Positions 8,181 through 17,542 are shown, numbered from the stretch's first letter. The stretch: 32,000 nt of DNA from Aeropyrum pernix K1 (GCF_000011125.1 NC_000854.2:300001-332000), one strand, 5' to 3'. Numbers and translations: made by a program. The notes: a model not told the origin generated them from the sequence alone.

Positions 8181-8907
8181 AGAACGTCAGCCTACCACCG
8201 CCCAGGTACTCCATGTCAACCCTCACAGGAGCGTCCTCAGAGAAGCTCACTACAACAGCGTCCGCCGCCTGCGCGGCGCTAAGCATCTCGCTGAAATATT
8301 CTATACTGTAGCTAGCCCTATCCTGCGACTCCGCCTCATAGTCTAGGAGCGAGCCTCGGGATTGTGAGAGCTCTATCTCAACCGTGGCCATCTCGCTGCT
8401 GCCGACCAGAAGCAGGGCGTCCTCGAGTGCCCTGAGGGTGAGGGTCTCGCTGTGAGGCTCCAAATCCCTCACCGCCTCCCTGAAGGTGGAGCCGAGCATC
8501 CTAGCCCTGACGGTGAACGACACCTTAGGCTCGGGCAGCTTCTCGTAGGTCATGACGACCTGCGGTATCCTGAACGTCCTCTCCCCCCTGCTCTTAAGCT
8601 TCACAGCCAGCCTGCTCCCCTCCACCTCCAGCACCAGCTCGTCCTCCTTCCTAGCCCTCCTCAGCACCTTGGAGAGTAGGTCGAAGGACACACCAAACTC
8701 CACAGACTCGCCGCCGATATCGTACTCGATGAACGCGGTGTTCGGGTAGTAGAGGTCGACCATGGCTACGTGGCTAGTGTCGAGGGCCCTCAGAGACAGC
8801 CCCTCCCCGGTAGCGACGAACACGCCCTCCTCTATAATCTTCTCGATAGAGGCGACCATATATCTCCACGTCCTGGCATCGCTAAAGTAGAACCTAGCGT
8901 CGGCCAA
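8158..8907 (-). CDS. pcn: DNA polymerase sliding clamp (PCNA)
   Basis: 249 aa, TTG start. The N-terminus (ARTWRYMVASIEKIIEEGVFVATGEGLSLRALDTSHVAMVDL) and the two-domain repeat match archaeal PCNA. Confidence 0.9.
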   Translation of the reverse strand: MADARFYFSDARTWRYMVASIEKIIEEGVFVATGEGLSLRALDTSHVAMVDLYYPNTAFIEYDIGGESVEFGVSFDLLSKVLRRARKEDELVLEVEGSRLAVKLKSRGERTFRIPQVVMTYEKLPEPKVSFTVRARMLGSTFREAVRDLEPHSETLTLRALEDALLLVGSSEMATVEIELSQSRGSLLDYEAESQDRASYSIEYFSEMLSAAQAADAVVVSFSEDAPVRVDMEYLGGGRLTFYVSPKIE

Positions 8908-8988
8908 ACAACCGCCACCCTATAAAGCTAAAGCTTTGCGCCGCGGATTATAAGGGGGAGGACGCGCATAAAACATACACCCCTCCCC

Positions 8989-9186
8989 CTAGCCCCCGGG
9001 GTTTCCGCCCCCCGCCCTCCTGCACTCATCCCTCAGCAAGCGGGCACTGTTGTAGGCCCCGAGGGCCAGCTTCAGAGCGCCCTCCACGAGGGCTCTCGAC
9101 GATACCGTGGGCGGGGTCCGGTCGAGGGCCTCTGCGAGGTCCTCGACAATCCTGTAGAGGGCCCTCTCCACAATCTCCTCATGCAT
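8989..9186 (-). CDS. Small helical hypothetical protein (65 aa from ATG 9186; ORF track extends it to 9231)
   Basis: This is the only ORF in the 293-nt gap between tfs and pcna. No recognisable motif. The longer version would overlap the tfs 3' end. Confidence 0.3.
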   Translation of the reverse strand: MHEEIVERALYRIVEDLAEALDRTPPTVSSRALVEGALKLALGAYNSARLLRDECRRAGGGNPGG

Positions 9187-9200
9187 GCACCTAACTTCGT

Positions 9201-9557
9201 CTACGCGTACTCTCTCCAAGTGTACCTGCACCTCTTACACCTGTAGAACCTAGTCATAGGCTCGTCAGCGCTCCTAGTCTGCATCATCCAGAAGTACACC
9301 TCGTCGTGGCCGCACTTGGGGCAGGTCACGCTGCCCTTGAGGACCTGGGCGCCGACAGGAGTCTCGTCGTCTATAACAACAATCTTATCCCTAGGCCCCT
9401 TCTCGACAGTCACCCTCATCCTGTAGGCCTGGTGGTCCTCCCGAGAAGCCTCCTCGCTGTAGCCGCAGCTCTTGCACACCAGGAGATACCTGGCCCCATC
9501 CCTCTTGGGGTACATTATGGAACCGCATCTAGGGCAGAACTTTATCCTCCCTGACAA
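9201..9557 (-). CDS. tfs: Transcription factor S (TFS; RNA polymerase subunit M paralog)
   Basis: N-terminal zinc ribbon FCPRCGS...CKSCGY. C-terminal TFIIS-type ribbon CPKCGHDEVYFWMMQTRSADEPMTRFYRCKRCRYTWRE with the acidic hairpin (SADEP). Confidence 0.92.
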   Translation of the reverse strand: MSGRIKFCPRCGSIMYPKRDGARYLLVCKSCGYSEEASREDHQAYRMRVTVEKGPRDKIVVIDDETPVGAQVLKGSVTCPKCGHDEVYFWMMQTRSADEPMTRFYRCKRCRYTWREYA

Positions 9558-9600
9558 CCCCCGGGCACACCTCCAATAGCTTAATCCCAGTATTATTAGT

Positions 9601-9918
9601 CTAGCGGTGATAAAAGGGGTCTCCTGCCCGTCCGAGCATCCCTAGGACCTCGAGCATCGAAAGCGATATAGAGGCCGCCAGCCTCCTATAAGCCTCCGCC
9701 GCCTCAGACCTGCCTGGAGGTGTTGGGAGGCCGCAGCTGCAGCTGCCGTGGCTGTACCTGAGCTCGCCCATATACCCCCGCTCCGAGGCCCTCTGGCACA
9801 GCCCGCTGCATCCCTCCAGGCTTGAGACGGCCCCGTCGACACCGGGGCCCCTCACTATGTAGGCGAAGCATACACCGCCGACGCATGCTGACGCGAGTAT
9901 CCTCGCCTCCCTCTTCAA
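9601..9918 (-). CDS. Cys-rich hypothetical protein, apparently translationally coupled to rpoL
   Basis: TTG start 9918-9916 overlaps the rpoL TGA stop (9917-9915) in a TTGA arrangement. 105 aa with 8 Cys (ASACVGGVCF, EGCSGLCQ, HGSCSCG). Two other-frame ORFs overlap it, so coding status is uncertain. Confidence 0.4.
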   Translation of the reverse strand: MKREARILASACVGGVCFAYIVRGPGVDGAVSSLEGCSGLCQRASERGYMGELRYSHGSCSCGLPTPPGRSEAAEAYRRLAASISLSMLEVLGMLGRAGDPFYHR

Positions 9919-10223
9919 CCCCCGCCTCCTCTACGCTCCAGCGCCTCTAGGTAGCGTCTCCTGAAGTCGCCTATAACTTCCAACAGGTAGTCTGAAGCCT
10001 TGCGGAGGACCTCCTTTATATCCACGTCGTCCTCGTACTTCACGTAAACCTGTATAATATCCTCCATGGGGTGGACGGCCTCGTAGTAAGCTAGCTTGGG
10101 GTTGGAAACCCTCTTTATCGCCTCCACCAGCAGCGTGCCGAGGGTGTGGTCCTCCCCGTAAACCTGTATCACGTACGAGCCCCGCGACTCCCTGATAATC
10201 CTTAGACGCTCCAAACGCAGCAC
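9915..10223 (-). CDS. rpoL: DNA-directed RNA polymerase subunit L (Rpo11)
   Basis: YVIQVYGEDHTLGTLLVEAI...YYEAVHPMEDIIQVYVKYE matches RpoL/Rpb11 (EDHTLGN-type motif). Confidence 0.9.
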   Translation of the reverse strand: MLRLERLRIIRESRGSYVIQVYGEDHTLGTLLVEAIKRVSNPKLAYYEAVHPMEDIIQVYVKYEDDVDIKEVLRKASDYLLEVIGDFRRRYLEALERRGGGG

Positions 10224-10226
10224 CCC

Positions 10227-10859
10227 CTACCTCTCCTGGAGAGCCTTAAGAAGGGTTTTAAGAGACTCCCTCCATCCACCCCTGACCAGGAGCCTCCCCT
10301 TCTCATCCTCTTCAAGCAGCCCCTCCTCAACAGCCGCTCTAACCGCGTCATCGAGCGTCGAGCCCGCGAGAATAGAAGCAGCAACAACAAGCTTCCTGCT
10401 AGAGGTGGTTAGGGGCTGGGCAGCCGCCTCCCTCAGCCTCTCACCCACCTCCCTGGCAACCTCCACCACAAGGCTCCACGGCGCGTCGGTGTCCAGCACC
10501 CCCTCGCCGCTCCTAGCCTCCACCCGGTAACCCATCCCCGAGAGCACGGTAGACAGGACATCAGGCGGCACGGCCACCCCGGCCTCCCTCGAAACCCTGC
10601 GGAGGCTGTAGGAGAAGAGCCCCCCGCCCCTGGCCCGGCGCCGGTACTCCCTCAGCAGCGCCTTAACCCTGACTATAGACTCCCTTATACTAGACTCCCC
10701 GCCCACCATCTCTATCAGCAGCTTATCCCCCTCCCTCCTCCACGAAGAGTAGTCAACCTTAACCGCCCTTGAAAGCCTCTCCAAGAACCTCTCAAAATCG
10801 TCTACATCCAGCAGCCTTAGGTTGACAGCCACAACCCTCCTGTACCGGCGGCCCGGCAA
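10227..10859 (-). CDS. Conserved-position hypothetical protein between csl4 and rpoL
   Basis: 210-aa ORF with host codon usage, 3 nt upstream of rpoL. No motif recognised. Confidence 0.55.
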   Translation of the reverse strand: MPGRRYRRVVAVNLRLLDVDDFERFLERLSRAVKVDYSSWRREGDKLLIEMVGGESSIRESIVRVKALLREYRRRARGGGLFSYSLRRVSREAGVAVPPDVLSTVLSGMGYRVEARSGEGVLDTDAPWSLVVEVAREVGERLREAAAQPLTTSSRKLVVAASILAGSTLDDAVRAAVEEGLLEEDEKGRLLVRGGWRESLKTLLKALQER

Positions 10860-10911
10860 CGGCAGCTACACCCCGCATCAGCCCCCCGTGCTGAGGCCTG
10901 GGGGGCTAGCC

Positions 10912-11559
10912 CTAACTCCTATATATAACAAGGTTTCTGACGAGCCTTATTCTGAGGTGCCTGCTCTTAGCGTGTATAGACACTTTCCTCTTCTCCACGT
11001 TTCCACACTTGGGGCACTTCATGCTCCTCTCGCTCTGGAACTCCATGACGGCGCCGCACCTGCTGCATATAGCGTAGACCACGCCGTACCTCGGCTCGAC
11101 TGTGCTTAGTGTGAATGGGGGTGTGCGCGACACTATTTTCGCCAGGATCCAGTCGCCCATCCTATAGTAGTCCTCAATATTCTTGATGTACTCGTCGGCG
11201 ATCTGTGATATGGGTATTGCTGCGGAGTAGGGCGAGGGCAGCTCGTAGAGCCACGCTGGCTTGGGTGAGAGGCGTACGACGCCGTAGACCTCGGCCACCA
11301 CGAGGTCGCCCCTAACCCCCGTCACCAGGGCCGCCACCTCGGAGCCCGGCCCCGGCGTCTGGGGCTTCTTGTGAGGCTTGACGTAGGCTATCCTCCTGGA
11401 CATGTCCAGGTATGCGACGCCCGGGGCGGCGGCCCTTATGAAACCCTTCACAGGGTCCACATAAACCCCCTCGCCGGGGAGGAACTCTTCTATCGTCGCT
11501 AGCACGTCGCCCGGCATGACCTTGCCCTTCTCAACCACCCCTTGTGAAGAGTACGACAT
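10912..11559 (-). CDS. csl4: Exosome complex RNA-binding subunit Csl4
   Basis: N-terminal domain (VMPGDVLATIEEFLPGEGVY), central S1-like barrel and C-terminal zinc ribbon (CSRCGAVMEFQSERSMKCPKCGNVEKRKV). Confidence 0.85.
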   Translation of the reverse strand: MSYSSQGVVEKGKVMPGDVLATIEEFLPGEGVYVDPVKGFIRAAAPGVAYLDMSRRIAYVKPHKKPQTPGPGSEVAALVTGVRGDLVVAEVYGVVRLSPKPAWLYELPSPYSAAIPISQIADEYIKNIEDYYRMGDWILAKIVSRTPPFTLSTVEPRYGVVYAICSRCGAVMEFQSERSMKCPKCGNVEKRKVSIHAKSRHLRIRLVRNLVIYRS

Positions 11560-12190
11560 CCACAGACACCCTTCTAACCCTGCTCCTGTGTCCAGGCATG
11601 CTGGCCGGTATGGGGAAATGCTCTCTGGAGATTAATAAAGTGGAGTAGCCGAGGCCCGCAGCCTTCGCCGCGTGGAAGCCCATGTTCCCCGACTTCACTA
11701 TGGCGTAGACCGCCCTAGGCTTCAGGCGTAGGGCGTACTCGAGGACCTCCCAGTCCGCACCCCTCCTCCACACCCCGAAGGGGGGGTTCGTGGCTACGAG
11801 GTCTACACTGCCCGCGGCCAGGGGGCCCCTGCGGCGGGACACTCTGGAGGCCACGAAGAATATTCTCCCCCCGAGCCCCAGCTTCTCGGCGGCCCCTAGG
11901 CAGAGGCCCGCCAGCCTCCCGTCCGCCTCCACCGCCGCGACCCGGGAGGCACCGTAGAGGAGGAGCGCCAGGCCGAGCCTGCACGTCCCTGCAGCGAGGT
12001 CCGCGGCCAACGCACCCTCGAGGAGGCCGCGTAGGAGGGCGTCCACCGCTATCCTGACGGCAATGTCGGCCGGGGTTGTGTACTGCTCCAGCTCCCTTCG
12101 CGGGGAGGGGATGGGGTTTACGGCCCTCTCAAGGAGTATCTTAGCCCTCCCAACGGGGGGATAGCCGCTGGCCTCAACCCCGCTATCCAC
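11531..12190 (-). CDS. SAM-dependent methyltransferase, METTL5/COG2263-like (NPPF N6-adenine type)
   Basis: LEQYTTPADIA, the SAM-binding block ADLAAGTCRLGLA and the catalytic VATNPPFG. It holds the conserved position between dph2 and csl4. Confidence 0.8.
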   Translation of the reverse strand: MDSGVEASGYPPVGRAKILLERAVNPIPSPRRELEQYTTPADIAVRIAVDALLRGLLEGALAADLAAGTCRLGLALLLYGASRVAAVEADGRLAGLCLGAAEKLGLGGRIFFVASRVSRRRGPLAAGSVDLVATNPPFGVWRRGADWEVLEYALRLKPRAVYAIVKSGNMGFHAAKAAGLGYSTLLISREHFPIPASMPGHRSRVRRVSVDVVLFTRGG

Positions 12191-12214
12191 GCCTAATGTC
12201 CACCCGGCGGCGGG

Positions 12215-13279
12215 TTACCAGGGGAACCTGTATGGCTCTAGCCTCCCCTCTAGCGCCATCATCGCCTCCCCCGGCGTTAGAACAGGCTTCTCGTAGCTCC
12301 AGAAGTCGTCTGTGGGTAGCCTGGGGCAGCTGGTTACGGTGAAGGCTTCGAACCATGGATTGTCAATGGCTACCAGCTGGCTCAGCGTGGTGACCTCGGA
12401 AGCCACTAGCAGGTACTCTCCGCCGGCGGACTCTATGGCTCGGGCCAGCTTCTCTACGAGCCAAGGCCTGTACTGGCCGCTCTTCAACCCCACTATGATG
12501 CCCCACCGGCGGGCGCCTATGCTCTGGGAAACCCTGTAAAGCCTGCTCCTATACAGCTTCTCCCCCTCACGGGTGAGGTCCTCACTAACCCCCCTGTAAG
12601 GGTCGACCTGAACAACGGGCTTGAGAGTAGCGAGGTAGAGGCCCAGGGGGTGGAAGACTCCTCCCCCCACATACACGAAGCCATCCGCCCTCACCCCCCT
12701 GGCAAGCCTGTAGTCGCAGCCCAGGACCTGGGCCGCGCCGAAGTAGGGCCTGAGCCCCGGGGGTACGGCCACCTCGAGCCCCTCACCCCTGAGGACCTCG
12801 GCAGCCTTCTCGGCGAGATGGGTGTGCTGGGCTGTGGTTGCTATGCCAACCCTCCTAACGCCGTACCGCGACGCCAACAGGCCCGCCGCCTCTCTGAGGG
12901 CGTCGAGGGGGAGCTGGGATTTGCTGAGGGCCCTCACATACACAACCCTCCCCCGGGGCTCCAGGCCCTCGTGGGCCAGCTCCGCGGGGTAGGGGGAGTG
13001 GCCCACGTGGACTATGAGGTCCGGCCTCACCGTAGTATCAAGCTCGCCGTAGTGCAGGTCGCAGGCGCCGAAGGTGGGGTCCGCGTGGAGATAGACCTGG
13101 GCGGCGCCCCCGAGCATCTCCTCAAAACACTTCGCTATATACAAGCCGTACTGGAGCATGCCCTCCGGCAGCTGCAGGACAATCCTCCTAGCCCCGCGGC
13201 GCCTAGCAGCCTCGACGGCAGAGTCTATGTCCACCATGTAGGGAATGTCGCCCAGTAGACTGCAGAACCCGGCCTTCAA
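12215..13279 (-). CDS. dph2: 2-(3-amino-3-carboxypropyl)histidine synthase (diphthamide biosynthesis Dph2)
   Basis: ARRIVLQLPEGMLQYGLYIA plus three-domain Dph2 length and cysteines. The ORF-track start is TTG 13279. ATG 13237 (MVDIDSAVEAARRRGARRIVLQLPEG) looks more typical and may be the true start. Confidence 0.85.
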   Translation of the reverse strand: MKAGFCSLLGDIPYMVDIDSAVEAARRRGARRIVLQLPEGMLQYGLYIAKCFEEMLGGAAQVYLHADPTFGACDLHYGELDTTVRPDLIVHVGHSPYPAELAHEGLEPRGRVVYVRALSKSQLPLDALREAAGLLASRYGVRRVGIATTAQHTHLAEKAAEVLRGEGLEVAVPPGLRPYFGAAQVLGCDYRLARGVRADGFVYVGGGVFHPLGLYLATLKPVVQVDPYRGVSEDLTREGEKLYRSRLYRVSQSIGARRWGIIVGLKSGQYRPWLVEKLARAIESAGGEYLLVASEVTTLSQLVAIDNPWFEAFTVTSCPRLPTDDFWSYEKPVLTPGEAMMALEGRLEPYRFPW

Positions 13280-13377
13280 GACCCCCTTCCCACCTTCGGG
13301 AAGTAGTGTGTTAGCCTGTAGGGGTATTGTTTGAGGGAGGAGAGGACCCCTTGCAACAGTGCTTGGGGAGGCGTGGC

Positions 13378-13902
13378 TTATGAGGCTTGCGCCCCGCGCG
13401 TCCTAATCACTATCCTAGAGGGTAGGGGGAACTTGCTGGCGCCCCTCCTGAGAGCCTCCTTCACGTTCTCCTCGTCACCCTTCCTAGCCCACACCTCGAG
13501 GACTACGGTGCCCGGGTATACCCTAGCTGCGGTCCCCACCGGCTTGCCGAAAGCCTGCCTCATACCATCCTGGAGCCTGTCTGCTCCTGCGAACGCCATC
13601 ATCTTATTCTCCCTGATGACATGGTGGGGGTACACCCTTATCCTGAAGTAGAAGTTCTTGTCGCCAATGGTTGTGGCTAGGTACTTGTTGACGGCTATCC
13701 TAGCGGCCTCGAGGGCGTTATGCCTTATCTGACCAGCCTCCAGCATGACTAGCTCGCCCTTAATCTCCCACTTCTCCATCATCTCCCTGTTGCCCATCTC
13801 GAACCTGGTTATCTTCGGCGGCGGGACACCGTGGATATACTCCCTCCTGGTGTAGGGCGGGCCGCTGAAGTGGGTATAGCATCTAGCAGGCCTCAGGGGC
13901 AT
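13378..13902 (-). CDS. rpl10e: 50S ribosomal protein L10e (uL16)
   Basis: [38 protein letters not shown]... is a canonical L10e N-terminus. Confidence 0.93.
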
Positions 13903-13994
13903 GTTAACACCCGGATAGCCCCTATCTATGGCTCAGGGTTGATAAGCGTTTAACCCCGCCGCACGGCCACGAGGGATCTATCGGGCCCTAGGTC

Positions 13995-15728
13995 ATGGAC
14001 AGCGGCATAGATAGGGGGAAGATACTCTCAACCCTCCACACCCTCGAGGAGGCTATAGCCAGGGCGGCTGGGAGGCTTGAGGTTCTCCGAGGCTCCCTGC
14101 TGGAGAAGCGGGAGAGCCTGGGCCTGCCGGCCGCCATAGGCCGCCCCCTGGCCAGAAAAGCGGTGGCGAGGGGGTGTTACCCTCCGTACCCCAGGGTTAA
14201 CCTGGACGGCTGCGCAGTGGACAGCAGCAGGGTTTCCAGGGGGAGCGTGCTGAGGGTTACGGCTAGGCTGAGGCCGGGCATGGAGCCTGTGGAGCTTGTG
14301 GACCGTGAGGGTGGGTGTGTGTGGGTCGACACGGGAGCCCCTCTCCCAGTGGGGGCTGACGCCGTCGTCCCCCTTGAGGAGCTGGACATGCTGGGCGAGG
14401 GGGTGGTGAGGCTTGAGGCGGAGCCGAGGAGGTGGATGGGGGTGGCAGACCCCTGTAGCGACGCCATGGATGGTAGTGTGGTGTTGGGTGAGGGCGAGGT
14501 TGTTACTCCCGAGGCGGTGGCCTCCCTCGCCTCCGCCGGCGTCCACGATGTTGAAGCAGGCTCCAGGCTCAGGGCTTGTGTCGCCAGCGTAGGCGACGAG
14601 CTGAGGAGCCTTGAGGAGTGCCGGGAGGGCGGTGGGGTGTGCGAGACCAACAGGCTGCTGGCCCGGAGCAGGCTCGAGGCGGCTGAGGTTGAGGTTGTGG
14701 ACCTCGGTATACACCCTGACAGGCCCGAGACGCTGTCCAGCCTAGCTGCAGCCGCCCGAGGGTCTGGCTGCCATATACTGGTGACTAGCGGTGGGAGCAG
14801 CGTCGGCCTCTCAGACTACGCCCTAGCCGGGCCTGAGGACATAGTGGTCAGGGGGCTGGCCATAAGGCCGGGCCGCCCTACCACTCTCTCGATAGTAGAT
14901 GGCATCCCAGTCTATAGCCTACCGGGTAACCCTCGGAGTGCGGGGTCCGCGATAGACCTCTTCCTCCTACCCTCCCTAGCCGCAGCCGGGCTCCCAGTGG
15001 CGACCGTGGTTCCCGGGATGAGGGCTGTGCTGCTCGCGGGGGTTAAGCCGGGTAGGAGGCTATCCTACATCCCCGTGGCCGCCGTTTACTGCGGCGGCCG
15101 CCTCTACGCAGTACCGGTGTCCACGGAGAGCTACATGACAGTCTCTTGGGCTGCGGCCGACGGATACATTGCCGTGGAGCCTGGCAAAGCCCTAGAGCCT
15201 GGGGAGGAGGCCAGCGTTACCATAGTGAGGGGAGTGAAGAGGAGGCTCTCCATAGACTACACCGGAGGCCTGGGGGGCGGTGGCTATAGAGTTACCCTGG
15301 CCAAGCCCCCCCACGGGAAGGTTGTTGCCGAGGCCATAGCCCGGTGCCCCCGGCTTGAGGCTGTAGTTACCGAGGATGCTGCGGGCGAAATGGTGGAGGC
15401 GGGCACGCCCAGCGGCGCCCTAGAGCCGGTGGACCAGGATATAGTTATCGCAGTCAACAGAAAATGCGGCAACAACATCATAGCAGCGCCGAGAGTCCTG
15501 GAGAAGAGCGGATGGCTCTCAAGAGCGGCATCTAGGCTTGGCGGCGAGATACTCTACGTGGACAACGTGCAGTCCTCCGCCAGGCTCGCAGCCCTCGGCT
15601 ACACCTGCGGCGCAGTAACACTCAAGAGCCTCACCCCACCGGGGTTGAGGGTGGCCTCGGAGACGAGGATCAGGGTCTATATAGCTAGGGGCTGGGCAGG
15701 GAAGGGTGGGTCAGGGGAAAAACAGTAG
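13995..15728 (+). CDS. moeA: Molybdopterin molybdenumtransferase MoeA fused to a C-terminal molybdate-binding-protein-like (PBP-like) domain
   Basis: MoeA domains with ILVTSGGSSVGLSDY and IRPGRPTTL...LPGNPRSA. An extra C-terminal region of about 150 aa ends in ...ARLAALGYTCGAVTLKSL...ETRIRVYIARG, as in archaeal MoeA-PBP fusions. Confidence 0.8.
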   Translation: MDSGIDRGKILSTLHTLEEAIARAAGRLEVLRGSLLEKRESLGLPAAIGRPLARKAVARGCYPPYPRVNLDGCAVDSSRVSRGSVLRVTARLRPGMEPVELVDREGGCVWVDTGAPLPVGADAVVPLEELDMLGEGVVRLEAEPRRWMGVADPCSDAMDGSVVLGEGEVVTPEAVASLASAGVHDVEAGSRLRACVASVGDELRSLEECREGGGVCETNRLLARSRLEAAEVEVVDLGIHPDRPETLSSLAAAARGSGCHILVTSGGSSVGLSDYALAGPEDIVVRGLAIRPGRPTTLSIVDGIPVYSLPGNPRSAGSAIDLFLLPSLAAAGLPVATVVPGMRAVLLAGVKPGRRLSYIPVAAVYCGGRLYAVPVSTESYMTVSWAAADGYIAVEPGKALEPGEEASVTIVRGVKRRLSIDYTGGLGGGGYRVTLAKPPHGKVVAEAIARCPRLEAVVTEDAAGEMVEAGTPSGALEPVDQDIVIAVNRKCGNNIIAAPRVLEKSGWLSRAASRLGGEILYVDNVQSSARLAALGYTCGAVTLKSLTPPGLRVASETRIRVYIARGWAGKGGSGEKQ

Positions 15729-15772
15729 TGTCCGGAGAGGTAGGGTGGGGTTAGGGGGGCTGGCCTGAGACC

Positions 15773-15783
15773 TTTTTCGAAAA
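15773..15783. terminator. Possible shared bidirectional oligo-T terminator between convergent moeA and cren7
   Basis: cctttttcgaaaacc contains a perfect 10-bp palindrome ttttcgaaaa (15774-15783). This gives a T5 run on the plus strand after moeA and a T4 run on the minus strand 9 nt after the cren7 stop. Confidence 0.4.
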
Positions 15784-15791
15784 CCCCGTGT

Positions 15792-15986
15792 TCACCCGGT
15801 CTCGGGGTAGTCGTCGGGCACCTTGGCCCTGAAGTACTTGCCCGTCTCGGGGCTCTTGAAGAGACCTATCTTGACGCCCCTCCTCCCCCTCGGCGATAGC
15901 TTCCACACTTTGATTGGCGTTAGCTCGACCTCCTTGCCTGTAGTCGGGTCCCTGACCTTCACAGGTGGTAGTTGCTTCTGGCTCAT
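15792..15986 (-). CDS. cren7: Chromatin protein Cren7
   Basis: ...[53 protein letters not shown] closely matches the Cren7 family sequence ([26 protein letters not shown]). Confidence 0.93.
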   Translation of the reverse strand: MSQKQLPPVKVRDPTTGKEVELTPIKVWKLSPRGRRGVKIGLFKSPETGKYFRAKVPDDYPETG

Positions 15987-15993
15987 ACCTCAA

Positions 15994-16044
15994 TCACCTC
16001 CTTTTCCAGTTCCACAATAAATTAGGTTACGGAGAAAATATAAA
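15994..16044 (-). promoter_or_regulatory. cren7 Shine-Dalgarno and TATA box
   Basis: On the minus strand GGAGGTGA (16001-15994) lies 7 nt before the ATG. TTTATATT (16044-16037) lies about 55 nt upstream, implying a leader of about 27 nt. Confidence 0.55.
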
Positions 16045-16236
16045 TGTTAACAGGGTTCATGTACTGTCAAGAAGAACCTGCTTCTAAAAAGCTGTTATGA
16101 CGAGGCGGCTGGCCTGGAAGGCCGGGGGAGTTGCTGGCCAGGCAGCATACCCAAGGCTAGGACCTGAGAGGAGGTGGTGGATTGCTAGGAGGGGCGGGAG
16201 GAAAGGCTAAACGGGAAGCGCTTATGATGATGGGGG

Positions 16237-16791
16237 CTAGCAGGTTATGGCTCTTGCTCTGGCGCAGCTCCTGAGGTCCCACTGTAGGGTTCTCAGCAGC
16301 TTGCCCACCTTTCTTATAGCGTATTTTATGAAGTATGCCTTTCCTATACTGTCGTCGATGCTCCTGAGGTCAACCTCGATCGTCACCCAGCCCTCCCCGC
16401 TGGGGAGGCTCACCTCGGCCTTCCCCGGCTCTATTGCGAGTTTGGCCTCCTCCGTGTTTATCTCCACTCTCCCGTCGGCAACGCGTACGGATCCCGCGTT
16501 GCTGGAGTACTTCCACAGTAGGGTCTCGCCGTCCGTCTTGGCGGCCTCTATGGAGGCGCATCCTGTGCTGCAGTGGAGTAGCCCGCCCCGCTGCTTGCAT
16601 GCTTGGTTGGCCGTAGCTATACACTCTGCTAGCCTGGCCGCGGTGGCGGCGTCTTCAGCCAGCCTTGAGAGGGATGATACGACGCCCAGGTACATGGAGG
16701 CCTTCAGCCCCGTCTTGGGGGCGGCTGCCAGCAGCTCCTCCAGCCTAGATACCACCATTGACAAGGCTCTGCTAACCTCCCTAACCCGCAT
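16237..16791 (-). CDS. Hypothetical protein
   Basis: 184-aa ORF downstream of sfsA on the same strand. It has a helical N-half and a beta-rich C-half, with no recognisable motif. I prefer it to the overlapping 388-aa plus-strand ORF, which is antisense to sfsA. Confidence 0.45.
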   Translation of the reverse strand: MRVREVSRALSMVVSRLEELLAAAPKTGLKASMYLGVVSSLSRLAEDAATAARLAECIATANQACKQRGGLLHCSTGCASIEAAKTDGETLLWKYSSNAGSVRVADGRVEINTEEAKLAIEPGKAEVSLPSGEGWVTIEVDLRSIDDSIGKAYFIKYAIRKVGKLLRTLQWDLRSCARARAITC

Positions 16792-16819
16792 GGGGTTTTA
16801 TCGTTTGGGATTCATATTG

Positions 16820-17542
16820 TTATCGCCCAGGCTGGAGTGGGGGGCATTGGACGGGGGCTGTGGCTACAGGCCTTATCCTCACCACCCCAGGCTCCAGGTC
16901 GATGGAGACCCTGATGCCCACCATGCCCACGAGCCCTCTTCTCAGGAGGGTGCAGGCCAGGCTGGCGAACCTCCTGTCGACCCTGTAGTTGGGGGCGAAT
17001 ACCCTGATGTCAGGCCTGAGGGCCACGAACGCCATGAGAGGCTTCACACCCTCCCTCGCGAGCCTGGCGAGGACCTCCAGGTGCTTAACAGCCCTTGCGC
17101 TGGGGGCGTTGGGGAACAGGCCGACGCCGTCGAGCGAGAGGTTTACGCCCTTAACCTCAACAGCCCAGAGCCCCCTCCCAGTGGATATGAGGAAGTCCAG
17201 CCTCGAGCCGAAGACCTCCCTCTCAGCCTCGATCGAGGCGTCACCCCCAACCACCATCGGGGCCGCCTCGGCGAACAGCCTGTTGGGCACCCGCGAGTCG
17301 ACAACAGCCACTACGCCACCAGCAGTCTTGAAAGCCTGTGCACGGCACACGGTCTTGCCTCCGAGCCTATTGAGCCAGGCTATCAGCACTCCCCGCCTCC
17401 CAGGGCTTGCTAGATGGTCTATCCTGCCAGTGTCCATCAGGTGGCACCTAACCACCCCGCGGCTACTCTTGACCTCCACAACGAACCTGTTCACCCTCCT
17501 TAGGAACACTGCCTCCTCGTCATACCGCAGCTCCACAGCCAC
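16820..17542 (-). CDS. sfsA: SfsA family protein (sugar fermentation stimulation protein homolog, nuclease-like fold)
   Basis: The N-terminal [12 protein letters not shown]...[10 protein letters not shown] and the C-terminal PD-(D/E)xK-like region (RLDFLI...VEVKGV) are typical of SfsA. Confidence 0.8.

Noticed and set aside
4284-14714. Other long antisense ORFs in the track (4284..4706-, 5078..5611+, 7191..7841+, 7252..7731+, 12650..13258+, 14028..14714-, 14177..14650-)
   Set aside because: Each lies fully opposite a gene with strong family signatures (carS, aIF2-alpha, priS, dph2, moeA). All have Pro/Arg/Gly/Ser-rich shadow-ORF composition.
16224-16274. Possible C/D box sRNA (ATGATGA at 16224-16230, CTGA at 16271-16274)
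   Set aside because: No internal D'/C' boxes are present, and no terminal stem flanks the boxes. The span overlaps the 3' end of the 184-aa ORF.
16247-17413. 388-aa plus-strand ORF
   Set aside because: It is antisense to sfsA, which has clear family motifs, and to the 184-aa ORF. Its Ser/Pro/Leu/Ala-rich composition is typical of shadow ORFs in GC-rich DNA.
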